This document shows, in pieces, positions 49,820 to 63,258 of a stretch of 64,000 bases of DNA. Source of the stretch: Eledone cirrhosa (taxonomy: Eukaryota); assembly GCA_964016885.1 (NCBI GenBank), contig OZ024742.1:177940001-178004000 (forward strand). The letters run 5' to 3'. The notes under the pieces are model-generated. The model saw nothing but the letters and a program-made list of their open reading frames with translations, was not told the DNA's origin and ran no database searches. Both the position numbers and the translations under genes were made by a program. The stretch's first letter is position 1. Every line of letters starts with the position of its first letter.

Positions 49820-52800
49820 GATTTCTTTATTAACCACAAGGGTTTACATAAAGTAGACATTAAGGACAGTGCAGGACAATACAGGACGGTACAAATGGGC
49901 ATTTCTGCGTGTAAAAAACAAAAACAGAGAATGTAACAAAAAAAATAACAAGGAAAAATTCCCCAATAGGGGGGAGACTTCGGAGGGACATTTGTGGAGA
50001 AAGCCCAGTAAAAGGCCACAGTAACCCTGACCACCAAGGCAAGTGCCCTCTCCCAGTTTTCCACCTTTAATTTACAGATACGTACTCAGAGTAGGCCCAT
50101 TCACTTGTGCCATTCTTGCTTCTCTCACCCATCTTTCAACAAAATGCTGGGAAGAGAGCACTTCCCTCTCTACCCTGATTTTCCTTTTCAAATGAAATTT
50201 GAAAAAGTCAATCAGGGCATCACCGAAGAGGTAAGTGCTCGTCTTCAGCCCTTTCAAACGTGTCCACCATACTATCTCTTTCGCCATGGCCACCAGACAG
50301 ATAAAAACTGCCTGCCCTTCCCGGCTAAAGGAAGAGGGCGGGGCAATCCTCACAATGGACTCAGCTGATAGCTGGATCCGTCCTACACGTGACAGCAGGT
50401 GTTCGACATAAACCAACAAGTCAGCAATGCTCGGAAACTAGACGAGTGCGTGCAGGACGGTTTCACGCCCTGCGCGCATCTTGGACATGCCCGGCTGACG
50501 GCACCTCCATGCCTGTAGAGTTTATCCCGAACTGGCAAAGCTCCTCGGTAGCTCTGCCAGACCAGGTATTTCTGGAAGTTGTCCATAGGCCCCGGCCCGA
50601 AAGTTCTTCCGAACAGTGTGGCTAGTTGATTTTCGTCGACGCCTAGAGTTTCCCCAAGTACTTCGTCGCTCTTCCCCTCCACTAATCCTCTATATAACGC
50701 CAAGGTGGAGTTTCCACCGATCACATTGCCCGATTGCTCGAGGGCTGTGAGCGCCTGAAGACATTCCAGTCTCCAAGCGCTCCCTCTCGGTATTCGCTTG
50801 ACCCAGGACTGCAGCTCCGTCAAGGAGACGAGCTCGGGAAAGACGCGTCTAGCAAACGGCGAGCACACCTGATCACCGTCGAGGAAGAGGTGAGATGTCG
50901 TAGCCTGAGCGCGTGTCTGCTCATAATCAGCCACGGCATGCCCAGCCCTCCACGTAGCGGGTGTTGACAGCAGATGGACCGCCTGACCATCGGAGCGCGT
51001 CCCTTCCACAAAAAGCGAAAGAGCAAAGCCGCCAGCGCAGTCAGGCGGGGCTTAGGACAAGGTACGACGGTCAGGTGGTAGTAGATAACGTACGCGATAT
51101 ACGCGTTAGCCACCTCCGCTCGACCTTTCAGGGATAGCTTCCTCTCGGCCCATTTCTGGGTGATAGAAGCCACCCTGCTCGTCACCTCGTCCCAGTTTTT
51201 GTCCGTCTGGAGGTCCGGACCGAACCAGACCCCTAACAATTTAACCGGTCCGTCCAGCGCCCGACGACACTGTTGGACGGCATGGACCTGCCGCTTCAGG
51301 TGCCGAGCTGTAGGCCCACTGACTTTTCCTGGTTGATCATTGCTCCTGTCACCGCTTCGTATTCTCTTAGTGTAGTGCCGATCGCCTCGATGTGTTTGGC
51401 GTTCGACACCATTACGGTGACATCGTCCGCATATGATGACACGGATCTACCGCATCATAGTTCGCGCGGGACGCCCCTCAACGCCTCCAGTTTGTGCAGT
51501 AATGGCTCGAGAGTCAATATGTACAAGAGGGACGAGACGGGACATCCTCCTTGGCGGACCGAGCGCATGATGTTGAACGGTTCTGAAAGGTGACCGTTCA
51601 CTCTCACCACAAAGCAGATGTCGCTGTGCATGGCAGCGATCCAGCCTCTGAAGACGGCCCCAAAGCCAGCCGCCATCAGGACTGCCGCTAGGTAACGATG
51701 GTCGAGCCTATCGAAAGCTTTCGACTGATCTAAATTGATCAAGGACCCACCCGTGCCAGGTTCCCTAGCTACCCACTCTACGATGTATCGCATGAGGTGG
51801 AGGTTGTCATGGATGGATCTGTCGAGAATGGCGCACGTCTGCGCCTCTCCCACCAGACCACCAACGACAAGCGCCAACCTCTTTGCTAGCACCTTGGCCA
51901 AAATCTTGAACTCTGTGTTTAGCAGAGTTATGGGCCTCAAATTATCTACGTTATCCCCTTGTTCGGATCCTTTCTCAGCAGCGCCACAGCTCCTCGGCTC
52001 AAAAAGCTGGGAATTCTACCGTTCTGTTGCCAGTTGCAGCAGACGCCCGCCAAGAGGCCTACGAACAAGTCTGATTATCTTGAATTGTGGACAGCCTATT
52101 CTACTCCTATCCATTTCTCTACAAAATACTCTATCTAGATATGATCTGGATGACCCTATACGATTTGTTCAAGTCCACATTGGCACATTCGGGAAATCCA
52201 ATCGGTACCTGTCAGACAGTTCAAAACGCCTGAGCAGGTTGGTGATGCTCTTGCACCCTCCTCCCCTATCCGTTAATCCCACACAGTTCCAGCGTGCATC
52301 TAAGATCCCGTTCCAGTCGCCCACTGACACTAAAGTGCGGGACGTTCCAAGAAAGATCTCCAGACGTCGGAAGAAATCAGGCCGCCCTGCTCCTGTCGGG
52401 GCATAGACGGCCACTAGCCTGAAAGCTTGCCCGTCTCCGCTGGTCACGTCTAGCACCACCAACTTACCTTCTGGGTCCAGGAAGATGGCCCGTATGGCGA
52501 GATCCAAACCTCTCCGAAAAACCACAGCAACTCATCCCCCCGATCCCGTACGGCTGGGAGATGCGTACACATCGTAGCCACCGAAGATCGGTGAGAAGGC
52601 CCGTGCTTCGGAGATTCTTGTGTCACTGATGGCCACTACATCATTGTTTAGTCACCTGAGGTCATTGAGCAGGTGGCTCTGCTTCCATAACGACCCCAAG
52701 CCACGCGCATTTATGCTGCCTATTCTGAGTGAGGTCATGTTGAAATGGAGTGGAAAAGATGGGAAGACCACTTCCCTTAATTCCCGTAGAGGAAGGATGG

Positions 52801-54908
52801 TTTCTCCATCCTTTTCACTGCTTGTGGCCTTCTCCGGAAGGATGTCCTTATAAATCCTCCTGGAGAGTGTTTGTCGGAAGTCTCCGATGTATTTGGGGAA
52901 TTGTTGTTTTAGTGTCATGTACGTTTTCTGTGTGATGCGAGTGATTTGTATGTGTGGAGGTGGTGTGAACTTTTGGGTTCTTGTGTAGTCTTTTTCTGTG
53001 ATGCTGGTGTTGTGTTGGATGTAGTGTAATAATTGGTTGTTGTTCAAATTTAATTCTGTGTAGTGTGTATCGTTTTGGTTGTTTTGTTTTGTTTGCGTTT
53101 GTTGTGGGTTTGTTTCTGTTTCGCTTTTTGGTGTTGGTGATGGTGGTGTTGGGTTAATGATGGTGATGGTGTTGGTGTTTGTGGTGATGGAGTTTGTGAT
53201 GCTGGTGTGGATGGTGGCATATCTGTCCTAACATTTTTGTTTGATAGTTTATTTGTTTCCCTCTGTATTTTGTTTTTGGAGGGGGAGGGAAGAGAATTTT
53301 TTCTTTTTCGGTTTCTTTTTTCTTTTTTCTTGATACCGTTTCCAACTGTTCGTCGTCAAAATCTGTCTCCAGTTGTGATAGGCCGGGGAGTGGAAAATCC
53401 TCCACAGGCGTTGGTTTTGGTTGTGACGTGGTGGATGGTGTAGGCGCTGGTGCTAGTTCTGGAGCGTTGGTTGGTGGTGGTGTTGATTTTGCTACTGTTG
53501 CTGGGGTTGTTCCTGTTACAGTTGCTTCTGTTGTTGCTGCTACATTTGTTGCTGCCATCTCTGCTGCTAGTGGTGTTGATGGTTGTGTCACTGGGGTGGG
53601 CAAGAGAGGTGGCCTCAACATTTTAGCCTGAGGCCAGAAAGCCCTTAGATGGGTTCCTTCACCACAAACGACACACCTAAGCCTGCTGCCCTCGACGATT
53701 ACGGTGAGGTGTCTGCCGTCAGTGAGGTCTATTGCCTCTGGGATCTCCTCAATGCTTTTTTGGTCCGCTTGGATCAGGAGCTCCATCACAGATCCGGACC
53801 AGTTCTCCTGCTTTTCTTTCGCTATTTCGATTATCTTGGTGTTGGCTTCGATGCCGGCGAGGACGGCAGCTATTAGCCAGGGAATTTCGATGGCCGGTGG
53901 AACTTGGGTCACCCTGATCTTTACGAGTCTCTGGTCACACTAGCTTGGGATGAGTGTGAAGTCGTCACTTCTTAATGGGGCCATGGAGTGTTCTCTGGCC
54001 TCCTGTGGTGTTTCAAAGAACACGTCCACGGTTCCTTATTTATGCCCACGTCTGATGTGGGGTTTTTTTGCCCACACATGTCCCAAAGCTTTTTGGATTT
54101 GGGACTCGGATGCCCGTTTCACTCGGCGCGATTTTATGTTTATCGTCCGATAAGACACGGTGCATTGGCGTCGATGCTCCATTTTATTAGGTGTGGGGGG
54201 AAGGCTAACCCTGTACGCATCTTTCTTTACAATTTTTTTGGCTTCTTCTAATTCCTCCTGAGTTACCTGGAATGCTTCGCACTGTTTTGCTACTCTGGCA
54301 AAACTCAGGGTGGTTTTCTTAATTTCATTGTTTCTGTTGTTGTTTTCGTTATTTTTGTTATTGTTAATTTTAGTTTCAGTTGTGGTGGTGGTGGCGTCAG
54401 TGGTGTTCGGTGTGGAAGATTTCATTTTGGTTGAATTAATTTCGACATCAAGAGTTAATTAATTTTTTTCTTTTGTTTCTGTTGTCGCTGTGGTGGTGTT
54501 GGTGGGGTGGGGGTGGGGGTGGCGGCTTTAACACCTGCATTCATTGGTAATGGCGGGAAATGAATGTCTGCCTGAGACAAATTTAAAATATTGCTACTGC
54601 TTATATTTTTAGTGTTAGCAAACGTAGTAATATTTACAATGGTGGTGTCGGTGTGAGCTGTTAGTTTGTGAGGAAGGCTCTCAGCTACTGGGTTCAGCTG
54701 TGAGTTTTCAAAGAAATTTGTTTTGTTTGATAATTATAAAAGTTTAAATTTTGGGCTCAAGGCCCCAATCTTTTTGAGTGTCCTTTTCAGAAAACAATGT
54801 ATGTGCACTTATATACAGTTAAATTTTTCATAAATGGAAATTTAAAACAACTGAAAATAACAAACCTTTGCGGAGCTTACGATAATACGATTTACTACGT
54901 AAGTCGCC
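49820..54908 (-). mobile_element. L1/Tx1-clade LINE T1 (ORF1 + APE-RT ORF2), degenerate with an internal deletion
   Basis: ORF1 ~54425-52860 with knuckle CVVCGEGTHLRAF. ORF2 from ATG 52738: MTSLRIGSINARGL, VYAP, GDWN, RPITLLNTEFKILAK, LDQSKAFDR, VRQG, GGLG, CPRC. APE is joined almost directly to RT at ~52085. Ends AATAAAGAAATC(ATT)n. Confidence 0.9.
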
Positions 54909-54940
<32 letters not shown>

Positions 54941-54941
<1 letters not shown>

Positions 54942-55123
54942 TGTTTCTACATTTGGCACAAGACCAGCAAATAACCCAGTACATTACTGGTACTTTATTT
55001 TATCGACCCCGTAAGGATGAAAGGCAAAGTTAACCTCGGCGGAATTTGAACTCAGATCATAAAGGGACGTAACTCTATGCTTCAAAACATGGTGTCCGAC
55101 TCTCTACCGATACTCCCAATCCA
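54941..55123 (-). mobile_element. SINE in (AAT)n between T1 and T2
   Basis: Reverse complement of the 2833 family; (AAT)n on both sides. Confidence 0.88.
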
Positions 55124-55134
55124 ATAATAATAAT

Positions 55135-58100
55135 GATTTCATTTATTGGCCACACGGGCCGATATATAGGGGACAATACAAAAGACAGGGACAGTGGGGT
55201 TTTACAGAAAAATCGAGTAAACAATATGAATCACAATAACAAAGTAACAATAACCAAGTAACAATAAAGTAACAATAAAATTACAAGAAAAAAAATTCCC
55301 CAATAGGGTGGATGACCAGCTAGGGTTCACTCAGGTACCCCACCAGTCCTGAACGATCCGACGCTTCGAGAGCACCCTGGAAGGGCACCCCTCTCCTCCT
55401 CAAATTTACCTACCTACAGCCGCATGACCAGAGTAGGCCCACTCACATGGGCCATTCTCGCCACATTCACCCACCTTTCAGCAAATGTACTGGGGGGCAG
55501 CAATTCTCTCTCCACCCTCACCTTCCTTTCCAAGTGAAACTTGAAAAAGTTGATGAGGGATTGGCTGAAGAGAAAAGTGTCTGTCTTCAGTCCTTTTAAC
55601 CTGGTCTACCATATAACCTCTTTCGCAACTGCCACCAGACAGAGGAAAATTTCCTGCTCTTCCTGACCTAAGGAAGGTGGTGGATCGATCTTCACTATGG
55701 ACTCGGCCGATAGCCGGATTCGTTCCACACGTGACAGTAGCTGTTCGACATAACTCCACAAGTCAGTAATGCACGGACATTGGACAAGTGCGTGTTGAAC
55801 GGTTTCGTCGTTCTGTGCGCATCTTGGGCAGGTCCGTCAGACAACACTTCCGTGCCTGTAGAGTTTATCCCGAACCGGCAGTGCCCCCCGGTAGCACAGC
55901 CAAGCGAGGGATTTCTGGAAATTGTCCATCGTCCCCGGCTCAAAAGTCCTCCGGTACAGACTGGTCAGTTCGACTTCGTCGAGGCCCAAAGTTTCTCCGA
56001 GTACGTCATCGCACTTGCCCACCACTATTCCCCTCTATAGAACTCGAGAGTGGAAGTTCCACTGATCGCATTGCCCGCTTGGTAGAGGGCAGTGAGTGCC
56101 TGGCAATATTCCAGGTGCCAGTCACCCAGTCTCGGTCTCTTCTTGACCCAGGACTGCAGCTCAGTCAAAGAGATGAGCTGCAGAAAGGCCCGTCTGATAA
56201 ACGGCGACCACACCTGTTCACCGTTGAGGCAGAATATCTGGAGATGTCGCAGCCTCAACGCATGTCTGCGCATCATTAGCTACGGCATGCCCAGCCCTCC
56301 GCGATGAGGGTGCTGGCAGCAGATGGACCGCCTCACCAACGGAACTTGTCCTCTCCACAAGAATTTGAAGAGGAGCCGTTCCAACTTGACGAGGCGCGGA
56401 CGGGGGAAAGGCACGACGGTCAGGCGGTGGTAGATGACGGACGCGATGTACTCATTCGCCACCTCCGCGCGACCTTTCAGTGATAGCTTCCACCCAGCCC
56501 ATTTTTGGGTGAGACTGGCTACTCTGTCCGTTACCTCGTCCCAATTCTTATCCACCTGGAGGTCTTGTCCGAACCAAACCCCGTGAAACTTTACCGGTCC
56601 GTCCGTCCAGCGCCCCACGACGCGGTTGGACGGCATGGGCTTGCCTCACCAGGTTCCGAGCTGCAAGCCCACCGACTTTTCCGGGTTAAGTTTGGCTCCT
56701 GTCAACCTTTCATATTCCTTGAATAAGGTGCCGACCACCTCGATTTCTGAGGTGTTCGACACCATCACGGTGATGTCGTCCGCATAAGCCGGCACCGCCT
56801 TTCCACGTCCCGGTTCGAGCGAGATGCCCTGCAACAGCTCCAGCTTCCACAGTAAAGGCTCGAGAGTCAATACGTACAGAAGGGAAGAGAGAGGGCACCC
56901 TTGACGGACCGATCGGGAGAGCTGAAATGGTTAACCTTGACCACCGAGCGTGTGCCGCTGTGCATTGCAGCGATCCAGCTTCTGAAGACAGGGCCGAAGC
57001 CAGCTGCTTTGAGGACAAACTCCAGATACCGATGGTCGACCCTATCGAATGCTTTCGATTGATCTAAATTTATAAGTGCCCCACCGAAGCCAGGTTTATA
57101 CCCTACCCTCTCTATGATGTATCGCATGAGGTGGAGATTTTCGTGTATGGACCTGGCTGGGATTGCGCAAGTTTGCGCCTCCCCAACCAAATCCTCGACG
57201 ACAAGCGCCAATCTCTTTGCTAACACCTTGGCCAAAATCTTAAACTCTGTGTTGAGCAGAGTTATGGGCCTGATGTTGTCTAATGTATCACTCTTGTTCT
57301 CGTCTTTCCTTATCAGCGTCACCACTCCCCTGCTCAAAGTACTGGGAATACTCCCATTCTGCCGCCAGTTGCAGTAAAGTGCTTCGAGGAGTTCGGAGAA
57401 CAAGTCTGGCATATTTACGTAAAGCTCGTAGGGCAGGCCATCCAAACCGGGTGACTAGCGCCTTATGCAGCTGACAACGGCGTCCTGAATTTCGGCTGAA
57501 GTAATCGGCCTTTCGCAGCGCTCAGCGTCGACCGTCGAGATGCGCGGCAAGCCGTCAAGGTAGGGACTGAAATCCGCTACTCTCTCTGACTCGCCACTCT
57601 CCCTGAACAACCGAGCAAAGTGCTGGCGAAAGGTCTCACACATCCGCTTGGAATCGCTTATCTCGTGTCCGTCTCGGTCCGCCAAATACCGAATTGTGGT
57701 TTTATTACCACGCTGCGCCTCCGCCTGGGCCCATCGAACAGCTTTGGTTCCCTCGTTTCTCAGCGCACGTGCCTTAGCTCTGACAATGCAACCTTCGTGT
57801 TTCGCATTGAAGAAATGGTCTAATGCCATTCTCGCCGCTAGCACGTCAGTTGCAATGCCACTACAAATAGCCTCGTCTAATTTATCTACCAGCTCCCCCA
57901 CCTTTCTATTTTTCTCTAACGCTAGTTCTTTGCTGAACTCTATCGAAGTTACTCTAATCTCTCTTTTGTGAGCCCCCCACCATCTGTTGTTGATGATCCA
58001 CCCTGTCAACCTTTGCTTAACTAAATTGTTGACTCGGTCCCTGTAAGCCTTACATACCGGAAATGACATGTTCAGGTTCCAGTAACCCGGTCCTAACATA

Positions 58101-61017
58101 CGCGTTTAATCTAGGCCGACCGTACAGACCACGAACTTGTGATCTGAATAGGCGACCATTTTAAAAAGTGGGCAGCCTACACTATTTCTATATATTTTTC
58201 TAATGAAGATCCTGTCTATATACGATCTAGATGACCCCATTCGGTTGGTCCGTGTCCATACTGGCACATTGGGAAAATCTAGTCGATGCCTGTCAGACAG
58301 TTGGAACTGGCTGAATAGGTGCTTGAGGCTTTTGCACCCCCCACTCCTATCGGATACTCCCACACAGTCCCAGCGTGCGTCTAAGTTGCCGTTCCAGTCC
58401 CCCGCTAACAGTAAATGGCGAGACGTTCCCAGAAAGGCTTCCAGGCGTCTAAAGATGTCCGGCCGTCCTGCCCCAGTAGAAGCATAGACGGCCACCAGTC
58501 TAAAGGCACCACCTTCGTTATTGTTCACGTCCAGGACCACCAACTTCCCGTCCGGGTCCCGGAAGATCGACCTTACCTCGAGATCCAGGCCTTTCCTAAA
58601 CAGCACTACCACCCCTCCTCCCATTTCCGGCCGGCTAACAGATGCAAAGATCTGATAGTCGTCGAAAATGGGGGCTAGTGCGCGCGTGTCGGAAATCCTG
58701 GTCTCGCTGACTGCAATTACATCCATTTCTATAGACCTGAGGTCATTGAGCAGGGTGACCCTGCTTCCAGGACGATCCCAGGCCTCGAACATTTAAACAT
58801 CCTACTCTTAATACGGCCATGTTGGCAGGCTAAACAGAGAGAGAGGAAGGTTTACTTACCTTCAGGGCTCTTGTGAAGGTCGGGTTGTTCGACCTCCATA
58901 GTTGGTGGGGTTTCTTTTGGGAACCCCTTTAAAAGTCTTGAAGTGGGTTTTACGTTCGGGGTTCCCACGTCCCGAGGAAAGCTGTCTCGTATTTCTTTGA
59001 ATATGTCGAGCGACATTCGCACCAGAACCAAATCTTCCGGCACGCGAAATGTGCTCGATTTAAAAATGTCCCCCTCCTTTTGTATATTTTCACTTCGTTC
59101 TACGAGGGCCATCAGTTCCTTGTTGGCCCTCCTGACGAGCACGAAGTTTTGTATGTTTTGTTGGTGTGATTTTATTTGTTTGCATGGCTGTGGTGGCGAT
59201 GGTTTTGGTGGTGTTGTTTCGGTTGTATCTGTGGTTGTTGTGAGTGCGGTGTCTGTGGTTTCAGGTGTTTGTGTGTATATTTGTTCTTGCGTCTGTTTCG
59301 GTTGTTTGCGTTTGGGGGATTCTGGTGATGGCGATGGTGGTGTTGATGTTGGTGTTATTGGAGAGATGTTTGCGTGGGTGGTGTCTGGGTTTTTTATTGT
59401 GGGTGCTTTTGTGCTTTGTTGAGATTTTTTTTTTTTTTGTGTTTCCTTTTCTGTATTTTGGGGGATTTGGGTTTTCCCTCATTTTCACTACTGGTAGATG
59501 AGGGGTATGTGTCCCTATGTATGTTTATGGTTTTATTGGTGTGTGTATTTTTGCGGGGAGGGGGAATTTGACAGCTTTCCTCGTTTCCCCCCTGGGTGGT
59601 CAATGTTGGTGGTGGTCTTTCTATTGGTGTTGTTGTTGGTGGTTTTGCCTGTGCTGGTGTTGGTTGTGGTCCTCGCCCCGGCGTCGGCAGCAGTGGAGCC
59701 TTTCGTCCCCTTGCCTCTTTCAGCAGTTGAGGGCAGAAGGCTCGCAAATGGGTTTTTTCTCCACAAACAAAACACTGCAGCCTTTTGCCTTCGGTCATAA
59801 TGGGAATGACCGTCCCATTCTGAAGGCGGATGTGGTCCGGGATTGTCTTCACATTCTCGGGCTTGTTCTGGAGAAGCATCTCCAGGTCAACCCCGGACCA
59901 GTCCTCTCTGGCCGTTTTGGTCACTTCTATAGGGACGGTATCCGTCCCCTCCACAATCACACATCCCAGAAGCCACCACATGTCAAGTCCTGGTGGGATT
60001 CTGGGAATGCGGAGACGGGCCGTTCTTTTTCCCACGTGGGAGGGGTACATTATTACCTGGCTGGTTTTGCAAGGAGTTATAGCGTGTTTCATAGCGAGGG
60101 CTTCTGACTTGAACAACACCGAAATGGTGCCGTACTGTCTGCCCCTCTCTATGTACTGGGTGTCTTCTCTGATACACCTCAGCGCGACTTCGACATCTTC
60201 TTGTGGGATTAAAGCTGCCCTTTTGGTTTGTGCTGAGATGCATCTATAATGCACTGTTCTGCGCTCCACTGCCTCAATAGCTTCTACCGGGACAGTTAAG
60301 TTGGTCCAGGTTTGCTCTTGCTTGATGAGCTTCCATGCCTGGGCCAACTTTTCATTTTTGTTTGCGATGTCCATGTTGAAGTATGGCCTCTTTTTTGCTG
60401 CTGCCGCAGCGAAAGTGTTCTTGTTTTCGTTGGGGGTGTTGTTGTCGTTGTTCTTGTTGGTGTTGTTGTTAGCACTGTCGCTGTTATCATTTTTGTCTTT
60501 GTTGCCACCGTTGTTCTCGGTGCAGTTGGTATTGTTGCTGTTAGTGTTGTCGCTATTTGTTTTCATGATAGTGGTGTTGATATTGTTGTTGTATTTGTTG
60601 TTTTTTTTTAATCTGTATTTTCGTTGTCGCTGTTACTGTCATTTTTTTTCAAAATTAGAGTTCTCATTGGTATCATTGGTGTCTTTGTTTACCTTGTTTG
60701 TGGTGGTGTTTGTGTTATCAATGTGTGTTAATTTCGCTGTAGCGCTCCTCTCAACTTCTACGTCGTTGTCGCACGACAGCCGACATATCGCTGGGGGGCG
60801 TGGCTCAGCCATGTTTTTTTTTCTTCGTAAATTTTTTAACATGTAAAAAAAGTTAAAATATTTGGGCCAAAAGACCCAAATATTATACTTTCCCCTTCAC
60901 GGGGCAAAGTCTAAGAGCTTATATCACTTACACAACAAGAAATATTTAACAACAAATAATTTTAACAGGCAAATAAAGTGACTTACTGTGAGCGAGCAAA
61001 ATACGTCCGCTTAGACC
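55135..61017 (-). mobile_element. L1/Tx1-clade LINE T2, full-length but frameshifted
   Basis: ORF1 ~60566-58852 (GTISVLF, KRTARLRIPRIPPG, CFVCGEKTHLRAFC). ORF2 58820-55414: MAVLRVGCLNVRGL, VSET, GDWN, SYIDRI, SDH, DGLPYE, RPITLLN, KAFDRVDH, AYADD. Ends AATAAATGAAATC(ATT)n. Confidence 0.92.
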
Positions 61018-61033
61018 AATAATAATAATAATA

Positions 61034-61221
61034 AGTGTTTCTACTTTTGGCACAAGGCCAGCAATTATCCCAGTGTATTACTGGTATTTTATTTTATCGA
61101 CCCCGTAAGGATGAAAGGCAAAGTTAACCTCGGCGGGATTTGAACTCAGTCTGTAAAGGGACATAACTATGCTAGAAAGCATGGCGTCCGACTCTCTACC
61201 GATACTGCCAATTCACTGCCC
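61034..61221 (-). mobile_element. Full-length SINE
   Basis: Same family as 2833; the tail merges with (AAT)n at 61018-61033. Confidence 0.88.
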
Positions 61222-61227
61222 TCATTA

Positions 61228-63215
61228 AATCCTCGATATGAGTGCTTAAATGTCGAACCTGAACAGTTCGAATAACGGTGAAGTGGAGACTGGAATGTCA
61301 TGTGACAGACTCTGACCGAGCAGGTGCTCCCTGACCCAGCAGCAGGGACCTGGCTGTCATCCAAATACTGCTGGTGTTGGAGGAAGAAGAAGAAGGAAAG
61401 GGACCAGAATCAACTGAACGAAAGAATTGAATAGAACTGTTATGCAATGTTACCTGAAGAGTAACCCAAAGGCAAAAGGCTATAGGAAACGGATGCATAA
61501 CATCTGGAACGAGAATGTTCTATTTAAATTAGATGAACAAAAATTGGCCGGGAAGGCTCGGGTAATAAGAACTAATGGGTGGATAAGCGAGCTGGAACTG
61601 GAGGAACTGAACAGAGAGATTAGGTTGGAAATGGAGAGTGGAGTATGCCAGGCAAACGAGCCAGTGGGAAATGAAGGTGAGGAGGTTGAGAGAACGGAGG
61701 AACCATCCGAAGCAGACAATGATCTGAATGCTGAAATAAATAATTGTTTCTACTTTTAGCACAAGGCCAGCAGAGTCAGTCAGTATAGACATAACCGCAT
61801 GTTTGACAACAACCATAAGATATTGTTTGGACAGCTTGAAGGGAAAGAAAGAGGCAGCGACTTGATCCCTGAGGCGGAACACTCTAAGACATTCTGGAGA
61901 GGAATATGGGATCAGGGTGTTAAACATAATGGTCAGGCAGTGTGGATTGAGACAGTACAAAAGGAGATTAGTGAACAGGCACACCAACAAACTGATTTGA
62001 GTATCACAGTTGAAACTCTTAAGAGGTAGGCCAAAAAACTAACCAACTGGAAATCACCAGGCCCAAACAGTGCGGGAATTCTGAGGTGGAATGTTGCTGA
62101 ACAAAAAGAAATGGATAGGAAGACTAGGAAGCTATTGACTATCTACAACATGTTCCACAAGAGGAGTGATATCTATAGACTCTACTTAAGGAGATCTGAA
62201 GGTGGAAGAGGTCTTATCAGCAGAGAGGACTGTGTTCAGATGGAGAAAAACAACCTACACAAATATGTGACTGATAATAGGGAGCCAATGCTCAGAATTG
62301 TACTAAAGGAGAGGACAATACAGCAGGGGATGTCCAAGGAGGAAATGACAACAAGGAGAAAGAGCAACCTTCATGAAAAATCCCTTCATGGTACCTTCTT
62401 TGAGAAAACTGAATTCAGAGATCCACAGACATGGAACTGGTTAAAAAGGCTACAGAAGAAGGCTAATGGTCGCGGAAGAGCAGGCCCTCAAAACGAAGTG
62501 GGTGAAACACCATATTAACAAGGAGGAGGTTAGCTCACTGTGTAGGATCTTGGGAGAGAGAGAAGAGACCGTGGTTCACATTGTATCCGAGTGTAAACAC
62601 CTAGCCCAGACTCACTGTAAAGGCTGGAGACATGATGTGATAGGCAAGGTGATCCACTGGCACCTATGCAAAGTAAATAATTTACCACATTCTGAGAAGT
62701 GGTATGAGCATAAGCCAGAGTCGGTGATAGAAAACGATCAGGTGAAGGTGCTGTGGGATTTTAGGATACAGACGGACAAGAAACTGAAACACAATAGACC
62801 TGACCTGGTGGTTTTTGGACAAGGAAAAAAGATCGTGCCTGATTGTGGATGTAGCCTGCCCATTCAACACAAGAGTGCGAGAGAAGGAGATGGAGAAAAT
62901 CAACCGATACCAGGACTTAAAGTGGGAGGTAAAAAGGATTTGGAACTGCCATGAAGTCAAAGTGGTCCCGATTGTCATAGGTGCATTAAGTACTATCTCA
63001 AAGAGTTTCCAAGGATAGTTAAAGAAAATTAGTCCAGCCCTGCTTTTTGGAACACTTCAAAAGGCATGCTTGCTGGGAACAGCAAGAACCCTCCGATACG
63101 TCCTGAATATCTGAGGCTGCAGGTAGTGGCTTGATATTCATTTCAACAAACTTTCCAGTTAAATAACTTCAATGACTGAAACTCAAAGAACAATAATAAT
63201 AATAATAATAATAAC

Positions 63216-63247
<32 letters not shown>

Positions 63248-63258
63248 TAATAGTAATA
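61228..63258 (+). mobile_element. Internally deleted degenerate copy D4 of the R4/Dong family
   Basis: Colinear with D1 but lacks ~D1 39526-40040 (replaced by a SINE tail at 61744-61772) and ~D1 40335-41391 (RT core). Same 3' UTR, (AAT)n tail 63190-63258. Confidence 0.88.
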
